A stretch of DNA of 64,000 bases, taken from the NCBI GenBank assembly GCA_018401015.1, contig JAGYLP010000001.1, positions 206,463 through 270,462 of the forward strand, written 5' to 3'. This document shows positions 30,232-40,048 of the stretch, in pieces (the first letter of the stretch is position 1; each line of letters opens with the position of its first letter). Position numbers and translations under genes: made by a program. The DNA is from Bacteroidales bacterium. Its GTDB lineage: Bacteria; Bacteroidota; Bacteroidia; Bacteroidales; M50B96. Under the pieces are notes generated by a model. It had not been told where the DNA came from and made no database searches. It worked only from the letters and a program-made list of their open reading frames with translations.

Positions 30232-31011
30232 TTATGCCTCAATGCGAGGGGAAAAAAGTGTTTGAGCGTTTCGTGTGGTGATGTTAGCTACCTGTAATAA
30301 GTCGGTTTGATGAATGATTGCTAGTTTTTCGGCTGTATGTAGGATGAAGGCAGGTTCGTTTCGTTTCCCGCGGTGTGGCACAGGAGGTAGGTAAGGAGCA
30401 TCGGTTTCGAGCACCAGGTGTTCGAGTGGGATTTGCTGAATTACTTCGGCCAAACCAGCATTTTTATAGCTAAGCACTCCACCTATTCCCAGCAAAAAGC
30501 CCAGGTCGATTGCTCGATGCGCTTGTTCGATCGTGCCAGTAAATGCATGGAAGATGCCTCGATAAGGAGCTTGCCTGAGTTGATCTAAAACCTCGAATAC
30601 CTCGGGAAATGCTTCGCGGCAATGAATCACAAACGGCAGGTTGAATTCTTGTGCCCAAGTTATTTGCTTCGCAAAACTGTCCATTTGTTCTTGTCGAAAG
30701 CTTTTGTCCCAGTACAAGTCGATTCCGATTTCGCCCACGGCCACGTAATTTCCTGTTTCCAGTTCTTTTCGCACCATTTGCAATTCGTCGCGGAAATTTT
30801 CTTTTACCGAAGTGGGGTGCAATCCAATCATCGGAAAAAGAAATTGGGGATGTTGAGCGGTAAGTCGGTTCATGGGCTCAATCGATTCGGAATCGATGTT
30901 GGGTAAAAGAATGGCCGTGAGGCCAATGCCTTTGGCCCGTTCAATCACGGCTTCAATATCGTCGTCGAATGCGTCGAGGTAAATATGGGAATGCGTGTCG
31001 ATAAACTGCAT
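30232..31011 (-). CDS. TatD-family metal-dependent hydrolase/DNase
   Basis: 259 aa with N-terminal FIDTHSHI and internal HCREA and DAPYL-type motifs. Confidence 0.85.
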   Translation of the reverse strand: MQFIDTHSHIYLDAFDDDIEAVIERAKGIGLTAILLPNIDSESIEPMNRLTAQHPQFLFPMIGLHPTSVKENFRDELQMVRKELETGNYVAVGEIGIDLYWDKSFRQEQMDSFAKQITWAQEFNLPFVIHCREAFPEVFEVLDQLRQAPYRGIFHAFTGTIEQAHRAIDLGFLLGIGGVLSYKNAGLAEVIQQIPLEHLVLETDAPYLPPVPHRGKRNEPAFILHTAEKLAIIHQTDLLQVANITTRNAQTLFSPRIEA

Positions 31012-31097
31012 GGCTTCACTTTTGTCAATATGGAGGGCAAAAGTCTAAAAAAAATGCTTCGGAAAAAATGGATATTTTTAAAACCTAAATCATAGCT

Positions 31098-31931
31098 ATG
31101 ACCATGCTTTCATTTGAGCAAAAAAAATGGGAAAGCAGTAAAGGTGATGCAATTCAAACCTATACTCTTGTCCCGGATAAGCCAAAATTAATGATGTTTC
31201 ATATTCATGGATTAGGCGAACATGTAGGGCGGTATTTGCCCTGGGCCGTGCGCTTTTTCAACGAACAAATTGCCTGGGTTAGTTTTGACCTTCCGGGGCA
31301 TGGTGGTTCGGCAGGCAAGCGAGGGCATTTTTCTTCTTTGGCCGATTTACTGGATTTGTTCGAGGAGCTTCAGGCGCATTTCCGTGCCTTATATCCTGAA
31401 TCGGGTTTTGTGTTGTATGGTCACAGCATGGGCGGGAACTTGGCTTTGCAGTATTTGTTAGAGCGGAATCCTTCTTTTAAGGGAGCTATTATTTCGAGTC
31501 CCTGGATTCGACTGGTCGACGAGCCCTCGTCGTTGCTCAATGCAATAGCCAGAACGTTAAATCGTTTTGCCGGGGGAATTAGCCTCGACTCCGGGCTGAA
31601 TCCGAACCACATGTCGTCTATCTCGGCGGTATGCGATGCTTACCGTAACGACCCGCTAAACCATCGGCGCATTAGCATTGCCAGCTTTGTGATGCTCTAC
31701 GAGTCCGGATTGAGATTGTTGCATCCAAAAGCTTCGTTGAACTTGCCGGTGTTTTTGTTTCATAGTCGGCTCGACCCACTTACCAGCTTCGAGGCTTCGC
31801 AACAATTTGCGAGCAAGCATCCGATCCAGGTTTCTTTTTTCGACTATTCCGAAGGATTGCACGAATTGCACAACGATACGACGCAATCGAATTTGTTCGA
31901 ACGGTTAAACGAATGGCTAAAATCTCTCTAG
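31098..31931 (+). CDS. Alpha/beta hydrolase (lysophospholipase / monoacylglycerol-lipase-like)
   Basis: 277 aa with an HGLGEH oxyanion region and the nucleophile elbow GHSMGG. Confidence 0.75.
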   Translation: MTMLSFEQKKWESSKGDAIQTYTLVPDKPKLMMFHIHGLGEHVGRYLPWAVRFFNEQIAWVSFDLPGHGGSAGKRGHFSSLADLLDLFEELQAHFRALYPESGFVLYGHSMGGNLALQYLLERNPSFKGAIISSPWIRLVDEPSSLLNAIARTLNRFAGGISLDSGLNPNHMSSISAVCDAYRNDPLNHRRISIASFVMLYESGLRLLHPKASLNLPVFLFHSRLDPLTSFEASQQFASKHPIQVSFFDYSEGLHELHNDTTQSNLFERLNEWLKSL

Positions 31932-31932
31932 T

Positions 31933-32907
31933 ATGCAGTGGACTACTTCCGTTTCCATCCCATCGAATCCCGGACTCCTTCATCATCGACAACGGATGGT
32001 ATTATTGGGCTCTTGTTTTACCGATAATATTGGACAAAAACTTCGGGAGCAGGGGTTCTTGGTTAGGGTAAATCCGCATGGAGTGCTGTATAATCCCCTC
32101 AGTATTGAACGAACGCTTCGGGTTTTGTATTCCGATAAAATTTATCGATCGGAAGATTTACATCAAAACGGAGAACTCTATTTTAGTTTTGATCATCATA
32201 CGCAATTTTCGTCTTTGTCGGCCGAAGCTTGCCTGGCGGGAATAAACGATCAGTTGGTTCGGTTCCGGGAAGATTTTTCCCAACCCGACGTGCTGATACT
32301 CAGTTTCGGAACGGCCAGGGTTTATGAATGGTTGACGACCAATGCGCTGGTTGCGAATTGTCATAAGTTGCCGGCACGCGAATTTCGTCATCGTTTGGTC
32401 GAGGTCGATGAATTGAGCTTACGATTAGAAGGATTGATTTCCTGGCTCCGAGCCATGTTCCCCAAGTTGATTGTCATTTTTACCGTTTCGCCGGTGAGGC
32501 ACTGGAAGGACGGCGCTCATGAAAACCAAATCAGCAAAGCTCATTTGCTTTTGAGTATCGAAAAAGTAATCGGTAAATTCCCAAACCTCTATTATTTCCC
32601 TTCGTACGAAGTGATGCTCGATGAGTTGCGCGATTATCGTTTTTATGCCGACGATCTTGTGCATCCGTCGGCTATGGCGGTGAATCATTTATACGATCGG
32701 TTTGCACAGTCGTATTTTGCGGACGAAACACTTTTCTTGGCCCGAGAGGTTGGTAAAATTGCGCAGGCCATGCAGCATCGGGTGTTTTTTCCTGAGTCGG
32801 AGGCACATCGTAAATTTAAATCGAGTTATCGGAAAAAGATTCAGGAGTTACAGGCAGCTCATCCTTACTTGGATTTGAGCGAGGCGGCTGCCTATTTTTC
32901 CGATTAG
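31933..32907 (+). CDS. GSCFA-family protein
   Basis: 324 aa containing the eponymous LGSCFTDNIG motif near the N-terminus. It starts 1 nt after the hydrolase stop. Confidence 0.65.
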   Translation: MQWTTSVSIPSNPGLLHHRQRMVLLGSCFTDNIGQKLREQGFLVRVNPHGVLYNPLSIERTLRVLYSDKIYRSEDLHQNGELYFSFDHHTQFSSLSAEACLAGINDQLVRFREDFSQPDVLILSFGTARVYEWLTTNALVANCHKLPAREFRHRLVEVDELSLRLEGLISWLRAMFPKLIVIFTVSPVRHWKDGAHENQISKAHLLLSIEKVIGKFPNLYYFPSYEVMLDELRDYRFYADDLVHPSAMAVNHLYDRFAQSYFADETLFLAREVGKIAQAMQHRVFFPESEAHRKFKSSYRKKIQELQAAHPYLDLSEAAAYFSD

Positions 32908-33683
32908 GTTTTTGGGGTTTGATTCGCTAACCAGTCTTTCCCTGGTTCGTAGCGTTTTAGTTCCATTCCGCTAAGGTCGAGGCAGGCGTAATGAAATTGC
33001 GTGAGCCAATCGCCCAGATTGATGTAGGTACTTTGCTCGTTGAGCGGGTAATGAATGGGATAATGCCGGTGCCCGAACAGAAAATAGTCGTAGTGTTCCT
33101 TGCGTAATTCTTCGCGGGCAAATTGGATCAGCCATTCTTGCTCGCCGCTAAAACCCCGCACATTGTGGTATTGGTAGCGACTCTTGTGCGACCAGGAGTG
33201 TGCCAGCCAAACGCCAATATCGGGGTGTAGCCAACGGAAGGCCCATTGCAGAAAGGGGTTGGTGAAAATTTTCTTCAGAAATTTATATTGATGATCGGCT
33301 GGCCCGAGCCCATCGCCATGGCCGATGAATAATTTCTTGCCCATTCGGTCGAATACTTCCGGTTCCTGGTAAATTTTTACACCCAACTCTTCAGTCAAAT
33401 AGTTTTTTGCCCAGAGGTCGTGGTTGCCAATGAAGTAGTGAATTGGAATGCCTGAATCGCTTATCTCTGCCAGTTTCCCGAGGAAACGGGTGTGCCCTTT
33501 GAGGACTACTTTTTTGTATTCGTACCAAAAGTCGAACACATCGCCAAGCAGGAAGAGCTCTGATGCATCGGATTTTATTTCATCCAACCAGGAAACAATA
33601 AGGCGTTCTCGCTCACGCCCAACAGTCGGTTCGTCGAGACCAAGATGTAAATCGGAGATGAAGTATGTTTTTTTTTGATTCAT
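32904..33683 (-). CDS. lpxH: UDP-2,3-diacylglucosamine diphosphatase
   Basis: 259 aa with calcineurin-like metallophosphoesterase motifs ISDLHLG, GDVFDFW, GNHD and GHGD. Size and order fit LpxH. Confidence 0.8.
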   Translation of the reverse strand: MNQKKTYFISDLHLGLDEPTVGRERERLIVSWLDEIKSDASELFLLGDVFDFWYEYKKVVLKGHTRFLGKLAEISDSGIPIHYFIGNHDLWAKNYLTEELGVKIYQEPEVFDRMGKKLFIGHGDGLGPADHQYKFLKKIFTNPFLQWAFRWLHPDIGVWLAHSWSHKSRYQYHNVRGFSGEQEWLIQFAREELRKEHYDYFLFGHRHYPIHYPLNEQSTYINLGDWLTQFHYACLDLSGMELKRYEPGKDWLANQTPKT

Positions 33684-33685
33684 GC

Positions 33686-36600
33686 TTAGAAATAACGATG
33701 TGCCTTACGTAGCCATACGAGTGGGTCGATTTGATCGAAGCGCAATTGAAAACGAACTTTTTCCCATCCGTTAATTCCCGAAGCTTCCTGAATTTGAACT
33801 AAGTTATCCGAAGCAACCATCGGATAATAAATACTCAGGAAATCCGGAATAAGAGCGAGTTCAATTCCTCCTTCGTAAAAATAATTCAGCTTGTTGTTTT
33901 TCAAATTACCCGACCATTGAGGTGGCATTGCATATTGGTTGTAATCGAATTGATTCAAACCAACATTAGCAAATAGATTCACTACCTTTAGTAGTCCGGA
34001 GTGATACTTAAGACCCAAACTTGCCAATGCCCGGTTCGCAGGGATAAAACCATAATTCCCGAAAAATCCGCCTTCGGTTTCGGCAAATTGCTGATTCCAA
34101 AAGTTGTTTACCGGGATAGGTACCGGATTGTTGGTGTACAGAATGCTATTGGATGGAAAGTAAACCGATTCGCGGGCGAAGAAATAATGGTCGGCGCGGT
34201 AATCGGTATAGGGTAAACTTCCGGTGAGCGATAAGTCGTAGGGAGCTATAAGCTGATCGAAATTGTTTGCTGATACGAAAGCCGGGAATGCGTTCGCGCC
34301 GGCAAAGAATCGGACTGATAATTTATCTTTCCAGGAATTTAGTAACCTTTCGTAAGAGGATTCAATTTGTACTCGCTGATAATCAGGATTAAAAATAACC
34401 TGGAACTGAGTATTCACTTTCGATAAAGCCGTTTCATACCGATGGGTTAGCATAAATCGAAGGTCGAAATACAAGGTAAAGAGGTTCCAGTCTACAGAAT
34501 TCATTTCCAGTCGAAAATCCAGGTAGTTCCGTGTGGGTAAGTGAATTGGATGCTGATATTCGACGTATGCTCGGAGTCGTTCGTAATGGTCGTGCAGGGT
34601 TGCAAAGCGTTTCCCTTCCAGCCCCAAATTCCATCGATGGTGGGGATGAAAACGTAAGGCGGCCTTTCCGCCAATTGAGCGTGATTCAAAACCATAAACC
34701 GGATAAAATTCGAACTCAGTTTTTCGTTTCATCAGAAAATGGTTCGAAAAGCCAAAACCGGTCATGAGCCCATTCCTCCCATTAACACCTATGATAGGAG
34801 AGAGGTAAAGGTGTTTTTTATGAGGAACTTCCAATCCTCCTATGGGTCGCAGCCGAACCTCGCGCCGGCCAAGCCAGGAGTCGACCACCAGTCGGTTGTT
34901 TTGAGGAAAAAGATCCATCCCTGTAAGCCCGGGATTGATGATAATTTCGCTTACCTCTTCGGGCATTTCGATGCCACGGTTGCCCAAATGTCCTGGTTCC
35001 CAGCGTGAAACAATGGTGTCCTTTTCGTTCAGACCCACCAGGTAGAAAGGTGCAGTCACCGACCCATAATTACTCACTTGGACTTCGTTCCCAAACATCA
35101 TAACCGGCTTATAGTCGATGTGACTTTCTTTTTGAAGCAAATCCACAAAGAACCAATCCAATGGCTGATTCCAAGAGGCTTCGAGCGAGGCTTGGAGGTG
35201 ATGAGGTTGAGGATGCTTGAAGGCCCATGCTTCGAAGAACTCATGCATGCCGCGGTCAAACGTCTCATCTCCAATGTATTCTTTCAAAAACTCCCAGGCA
35301 AAAGCCATTTTGTAATAGGCTATGAGGCTGTAGTTCATCGAGTTAAATTGCTCCGAATGGGTGTTGGCGGCCTGCCTGTTTTCTGTTCGGTCGATGTATC
35401 GCCAGGCAGTTGCATACAAATCGTTCACTCGATAATCCTGTATGTCGAAGAAATTCAAAATGGGTTGGATGTTAAAATCATCGGCATTGACAGCAATTTT
35501 TCGTTTGAGGATTTCATTCTCGTAGCGAACCTGATTGAAGGTGGTTAATCCCTCGTCGAGATAAGGGTAACGTCGCTCGTTAAATCCGGCCATGCCATAA
35601 AACCAATTGTGTCCAATCTCGTGAAAGAAAATGGAGCGCAGGTCGTCGGAAAAGCTACTAATAATCGTAATTCCCGGATACTCCATGCCTCCTCCGGCAG
35701 TTAAATCGCCATCTACTGCAATGCATTGCTCATAGGGATAGGGAAAATTCCAAAGCGACTGATAATACACTCCATCGTGGATGTATGCGAGTGCATCTTT
35801 CCATGCTTTTTCGTTTTTAGGCAGATAAAAGGCCCAGGATTCTATGGTGCGTTCACCATTGGGTAGTTCGACCGTCCCTTTTTTGACCATGAAATCCGGG
35901 TTCGCAAACCAGGCGAAATCGTGACTATTTTCAAGCACATAGCGAAGGGTTTTTCTCGGATTGAGCGAGGGGTTTTTCGGAAGTTCTTCGGGACCGTTCC
36001 AATTGGCCATTGCATCGAGCCAGGCGGCTTCCTTCTCGTTCAACAAGTTTCCGGCTGCAGCGACTACGTAATTGGATGGCACCTTAATGCTTACATCGAA
36101 GGTACCAAATTCGCTGTAAAATTCTCCAAGGCTCAGGTAGGGCATCGGATGCCAGCCTTCGGAATCGTACACAGCAGGTTTGGGATACCACTGGGTAATC
36201 TGATAAGCGTCCTCGTCTTGGGAAGCTCCCAAGCGGGAAAAGGTCTTCGGGATTTTTACATAAAAGGGAGTGGTAATGCTAACCCGATCGCCTGGAGCCA
36301 GCGGAGTAGCCAGCTCAAGCAGTGCAATGTCGATGTGTTTTGGATGATAGGTCCAGGCAAGGTTTTCTCCGTTTGCTTTAAAGAGCAGGCTGTCGATATA
36401 GCCACGATCTGCTTCTTTCGAAAATTGGAAATTGAGGGATTTTTGCTCCACTTGTTGTTTCGCAAAAGCAGTGTGTTCGTTCTTAAAAGCATTTGGCCAC
36501 AAATGGAAATACAATTCAGCGAGTGTATCCGGACTTTGGTTAAGGTAATCGATTTCGATAAAACCGGATAGCGATTTGGTGTCGGGCAAGAGTTCGACTT

Positions 36601-36715
36601 CAATCCGATAATTCACTTCTTGCTGAAAATAATCTTGAGCCTGAGTTGAATGGGTTAATCCGATAAAAAACAGAATCAGGAGGGTAAAGATGCTGTTGGA
36701 TGGGTGTTTTAACAT
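33686..36715 (-). CDS. M1-family zinc metallopeptidase with ~450-aa beta-rich C-terminal extension
   Basis: 1009 aa with a signal peptide. The gluzincin motif is FHEIGHNWFYGM followed by EGLTTF. The C-terminal half shows alternating-strand patterns and ends in HRYF. Confidence 0.75.
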   Translation of the reverse strand: MLKHPSNSIFTLLILFFIGLTHSTQAQDYFQQEVNYRIEVELLPDTKSLSGFIEIDYLNQSPDTLAELYFHLWPNAFKNEHTAFAKQQVEQKSLNFQFSKEADRGYIDSLLFKANGENLAWTYHPKHIDIALLELATPLAPGDRVSITTPFYVKIPKTFSRLGASQDEDAYQITQWYPKPAVYDSEGWHPMPYLSLGEFYSEFGTFDVSIKVPSNYVVAAAGNLLNEKEAAWLDAMANWNGPEELPKNPSLNPRKTLRYVLENSHDFAWFANPDFMVKKGTVELPNGERTIESWAFYLPKNEKAWKDALAYIHDGVYYQSLWNFPYPYEQCIAVDGDLTAGGGMEYPGITIISSFSDDLRSIFFHEIGHNWFYGMAGFNERRYPYLDEGLTTFNQVRYENEILKRKIAVNADDFNIQPILNFFDIQDYRVNDLYATAWRYIDRTENRQAANTHSEQFNSMNYSLIAYYKMAFAWEFLKEYIGDETFDRGMHEFFEAWAFKHPQPHHLQASLEASWNQPLDWFFVDLLQKESHIDYKPVMMFGNEVQVSNYGSVTAPFYLVGLNEKDTIVSRWEPGHLGNRGIEMPEEVSEIIINPGLTGMDLFPQNNRLVVDSWLGRREVRLRPIGGLEVPHKKHLYLSPIIGVNGRNGLMTGFGFSNHFLMKRKTEFEFYPVYGFESRSIGGKAALRFHPHHRWNLGLEGKRFATLHDHYERLRAYVEYQHPIHLPTRNYLDFRLEMNSVDWNLFTLYFDLRFMLTHRYETALSKVNTQFQVIFNPDYQRVQIESSYERLLNSWKDKLSVRFFAGANAFPAFVSANNFDQLIAPYDLSLTGSLPYTDYRADHYFFARESVYFPSNSILYTNNPVPIPVNNFWNQQFAETEGGFFGNYGFIPANRALASLGLKYHSGLLKVVNLFANVGLNQFDYNQYAMPPQWSGNLKNNKLNYFYEGGIELALIPDFLSIYYPMVASDNLVQIQEASGINGWEKVRFQLRFDQIDPLVWLRKAHRYF

Positions 36716-36746
36716 GATAGACAGTCGAGGTTTTGTTATTTGCTGA

Positions 36747-37796
36747 TTATTCTTTAATCCATTTTTTCATAAATACTTCGTTGTCAACAGCTACGCGAAT
36801 GAAATAAAGTCCTGAAGGATAGGCGTTGTCGAGGTTGAAGGTTTGATTAAAAAAGTCGGAATCGGATTTCCCGGCATAAAGGGTTTCAAGCAGACGGCCT
36901 TGAGTGTCGATTATTTCGATACGCAGGCTGGACTGGAGCGGTAAACGCATACTCAGGTTCAGTTCATTACCTGGATTTGGATAGATTCGCAAATCTTCGG
37001 TTTGAGTGGTGCTGGAAATGCCAATGGTTCCGTTTCCAAAAAGGAATCGAGCGGTAACGAGCAAGTCGCTTTCCGTTATTTCCAGAACAGGCAGTCCTTT
37101 GCCCTGAGCCAGCCACGTGTAAACCATTGTGCTGCTTGGAATGGGTGGAACGCCACCAATTGAATCAGACGAGATGGAATCGACCCGGTTAATGACGGTT
37201 CTTACCCTCAGCACGTTGAGCGTATCGTTGGGCAGGTAAAGCGTACCCCAACCATCGACATCCGATTCGCGGATTACTTGTGAACTATAGAAGATAATGC
37301 CCGGTAAATCGACTTCCAGGTTTGAAATGCTCGAGTAACTGTGTTGATAGGTGAGCGGGAAATCGAAGAGCAATTCCGGCACATCGTAGGCAAAGGGCAC
37401 TCCAAAACCAGAAAGGGTAACTCCAAAACCGTCGATGGTGTAGCCGTCGGAGTTATTGGTGAAGAACTGGAAGCCATCTTCCACGGGAATTCCTTCGGGT
37501 AATTCAACATTTCCCAGCCCGGTATGCATGGTCGATCCACCAAAGGCAAAGGCCAGGGTAAAAGGAATGTTTGAGTTGTCGTTAAAGTTAATCGTGTTAG
37601 GAATAAGGCCGGAAAGGTCGGAGAAATCCCAGGTGAAATTGGCTCCGGTAGCGGCAAAATTGCCATTCACATTTTCACTGACATACACTTCGTAGGAACT
37701 ACCGGGTTGCGGCATATCGGCCGAAGTGATCGTAATTTGCCCAAAATGAAAGAGGGCTAATGTGAGGAAGATAGTAAGAAGGAATAATTTTTTCAT
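36747..37796 (-). CDS. Secreted hypothetical protein with T9SS C-terminal sorting domain
   Basis: 349 aa with a signal peptide and a CTD-like tail (RIYPNPGNELNLSM...SGLYFIRVAVDNE). Confidence 0.6.
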   Translation of the reverse strand: MKKLFLLTIFLTLALFHFGQITITSADMPQPGSSYEVYVSENVNGNFAATGANFTWDFSDLSGLIPNTINFNDNSNIPFTLAFAFGGSTMHTGLGNVELPEGIPVEDGFQFFTNNSDGYTIDGFGVTLSGFGVPFAYDVPELLFDFPLTYQHSYSSISNLEVDLPGIIFYSSQVIRESDVDGWGTLYLPNDTLNVLRVRTVINRVDSISSDSIGGVPPIPSSTMVYTWLAQGKGLPVLEITESDLLVTARFLFGNGTIGISSTTQTEDLRIYPNPGNELNLSMRLPLQSSLRIEIIDTQGRLLETLYAGKSDSDFFNQTFNLDNAYPSGLYFIRVAVDNEVFMKKWIKE

Positions 37797-37871
37797 GGAA
37801 TGAGATTTAATTGCTTCGAAATAAGCTATTTTTCTTCAAATCATCCGGGTTTTGAAAAGAATTTGGAACAT

Positions 37872-37904
37872 AAAAAAGAGGCAGCCGGTAAGGGTCTGCC
37901 TCTT
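37872..37904 (-). terminator. Rho-independent terminator after the 356-aa gene
   Basis: Stem AAGAGGCAG (37876-37884) pairing with CTGCCTCTT (37896-37904). On the minus strand the hairpin is followed by TTTTTT. Confidence 0.65.
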
Positions 37905-37959
37905 GCGCTTAATGGCTGATTAGCATACAGCCAAAGTGGTCAGAAAGCTTGTGGAAAGC

Positions 37960-39030
37960 TTACGTGAAAGGTATTATCATGATGCCCACAGTAATAGGAG
38001 TGAACTCCGGCGCCGTGGTTTTACGGAACAATGGATTGAGCGCATAGTTGGCATAGAGGTTTATCTTGTCGATTCCTACCCGGAAGGTTAAGCCGTACTC
38101 GAAATCGCTGAGATAGAAATCGCTCTTAATCTCTTCTTTGGTGCTCACTTTATCTTGCACCATTTCAAGCTTGTACTTGGTGGTAAGTCGTAAATTTCCG
38201 TAGGCACCACCCATTACGAAAAGGGTGTTTTTACCATTGCGAATGGGAAGTTGCATTTCGAACGCCAGGGGAGCATGCAGGTAAAAGGCCGATAAACGAT
38301 TGCGGTCAATTTTATCGTAGTCCGACGACATGGCTACAAAATCGGCTCCTTGGGCTGTCTCGGTTAAAATATAGGGATTGGCAAAATGGTAGTATCTCCA
38401 GTTAAACCCAAGTCCTCCGACGATTCCAAAGTTGTTCTTAATGAGGGGGATCGATGTTTGGAAGAGATTCAGGCCGAAACTCCAGGAACGAAACGGACGA
38501 TTTACATAAGCTTCGTTCTCGTTAACCAGTTGGTTGTTCGGATCGAGGAATCCAATGAATCCGAATTCAAATCCACTCCAATGTCCTTTGAATTTTTTGC
38601 CTTTTTTCTTTTTACTTGCCTTCTCTTTTTTAGCTGAATCGTCTTCAAAATCCGCCTCTAGTTCAATGTCAAGCTCAGCCAGTTCATCCAGCTCCTGAGC
38701 TTCCAATTCTTCGGGTCGATTTGCTTCTTCGGGTAGATCGATATAGGTTTTTTCTTCGTTGCCATCGATAATCACTACGCGGGCTTTCCCCTCTGTTTCA
38801 ACGTCGATGTCTAAATTCGAAGGTCTTTTAGCTTCGTCGGCTTCCGATTCATTTACTTCAAAAAGGATGGTTTCATTTACTCCATCGGATATGCTTATCT
38901 TGGTTTCGGTATTCGAGTCGATGATGAATAATTTCGATTTGCCAATGTTTACAATAACGGTGTCGGTCTGAGCATTCAGGTTGAGAATGCTTCCCAAACT
39001 GAAGATTAAAAGGTAGATAATGGTTTTCAT
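37960..39030 (-). CDS. Hypothetical outer-membrane beta-barrel-like protein with acidic then poly-Lys linker
   Basis: 356 aa with a signal peptide. An acidic segment (ELEAQELDELAELDIELEADFEDD) is followed by KKEKASKKKKGKKFKG. The C-terminal ~200 aa have amphipathic strands. Confidence 0.5.
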   Translation of the reverse strand: MKTIIYLLIFSLGSILNLNAQTDTVIVNIGKSKLFIIDSNTETKISISDGVNETILFEVNESEADEAKRPSNLDIDVETEGKARVVIIDGNEEKTYIDLPEEANRPEELEAQELDELAELDIELEADFEDDSAKKEKASKKKKGKKFKGHWSGFEFGFIGFLDPNNQLVNENEAYVNRPFRSWSFGLNLFQTSIPLIKNNFGIVGGLGFNWRYYHFANPYILTETAQGADFVAMSSDYDKIDRNRLSAFYLHAPLAFEMQLPIRNGKNTLFVMGGAYGNLRLTTKYKLEMVQDKVSTKEEIKSDFYLSDFEYGLTFRVGIDKINLYANYALNPLFRKTTAPEFTPITVGIMIIPFT

Positions 39031-39078
39031 GGTTTAAGGTTTTAATTGAAATGATTGACTAATAGTTGGCGGGGTGGA

Positions 39079-39444
39079 TTAAAATAGTTGAATATGAACC
39101 GATGGGATTCGAATCCGGATTTGTATGGGTTCGATAGAGATGTTCGGAAAAAATCGGTGGGTGGCTGCAAGGGTTCTTTCAATAATGCTTTCTTCCAACT
39201 GAGCCGTTTCATTCTTCTTGTTGGTCGATTTTTCTTCGGAAAAGAGGGATTGTCCTTCTGAACCAGCTTCCATTTGGTAGGTATCGATCAGATTTCGACT
39301 GCTTTCTTCGTGTAGGTCGGAACTGGTTTCTTCAAATAATAGGCAGGTGTTTCCAATTTTTACTTCGAAAGTATCGGTTTGAGCAGTAGCCGACGAATAA
39401 GAAACGATCCAGCAAAAAAGGGTGCTCAGTACAAGTGTTTTCAT
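39079..39444 (-). CDS. Small secreted hypothetical protein
   Basis: 121 aa with a signal peptide. The mature N-terminus (AQTDTFEVKIGN) resembles that of the downstream 356-aa protein (AQTDTVIVNIGK). Confidence 0.4.
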   Translation of the reverse strand: MKTLVLSTLFCWIVSYSSATAQTDTFEVKIGNTCLLFEETSSDLHEESSRNLIDTYQMEAGSEGQSLFSEEKSTNKKNETAQLEESIIERTLAATHRFFPNISIEPIQIRIRIPSVHIQLF

Positions 39445-39580
39445 GATATCAGGGTTTTAGTATTGGTTTGTTTCGACCCTTGAACGGAGGCTCCCAACAA
39501 AAGTTACAAGACCGTAAATAATTTTTTTTTGAGTGGGTCTATTCTATCTTTGAACCATTCACTCCAAATGGTTTAGTAAG

Positions 39581-40048
39581 ATGAAATTCAATACGAAGTA
39601 CAAGGCCCAGAACATTCGAAACCGGTTTTTATTCACCACTTTTTCGCTCATCGTCCTCATCGTAATAACCTTTTTAACCGATTGGGTGCAACGGAAGAAT
39701 GAAACGTATGCTTTGCTTGTCCTCGCTGGTGGGGTATTGTTTGTTTATTTTACGGCACGAAGGTATATGTATCTGGAATACAACGACGAGGGGGAAAAGA
39801 TTGTCCTTCGCTACTTCAAATTAATCCCGGTTGCTATCGACCATCATGCTATTGAGATTCCGCATAGGCAACTTGTGCGAATGGAATTGAAAACCGCCTG
39901 GGCCGGATACCGGCAGGAACTCATTCTTTTCGTTAAAACTAAAAATGGTGTCATGAAATATCCTCCTGTAAGTATCAGTATTTTGGAAGCGGGTCAACGG
40001 AAGGATTTTCTGGAGCGCTTAAACTCCCTGGCAACGGCTAATCGTTAG
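39581..40048 (+). CDS. Hypothetical membrane protein (2 TM helices plus a small soluble domain)
   Basis: 155 aa with two hydrophobic helices. No motif was recognised. Its 3' end overlaps the convergent AI-2E gene by 11 nt. Confidence 0.4.
   Translation: MKFNTKYKAQNIRNRFLFTTFSLIVLIVITFLTDWVQRKNETYALLVLAGGVLFVYFTARRYMYLEYNDEGEKIVLRYFKLIPVAIDHHAIEIPHRQLVRMELKTAWAGYRQELILFVKTKNGVMKYPPVSISILEAGQRKDFLERLNSLATANR

Noticed and set aside
31021-31031. The identical 11-mer TTTGTCAATAT occurs at 31021-31031 (upstream of the alpha/beta hydrolase gene) and at 23011-23021 (upstream of the plug-like gene). Both are 74-79 nt before the start codon.
   Set aside because: Part of the match is the generic promoter TTTG element. 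For AT-rich intergenic DNA totalling a few kb, roughly one such 11-mer coincidence is expected by chance. It is kept only as a note for motif searches.
39105-39116. GGATTCGAATCC, a T-loop-like sequence that could hint at a tRNA.
   Set aside because: It is a 12-bp palindrome inside the 3' end of the 121-aa ORF. The flanking bases do not form a T-stem, acceptor stem or anticodon arm on either strand.
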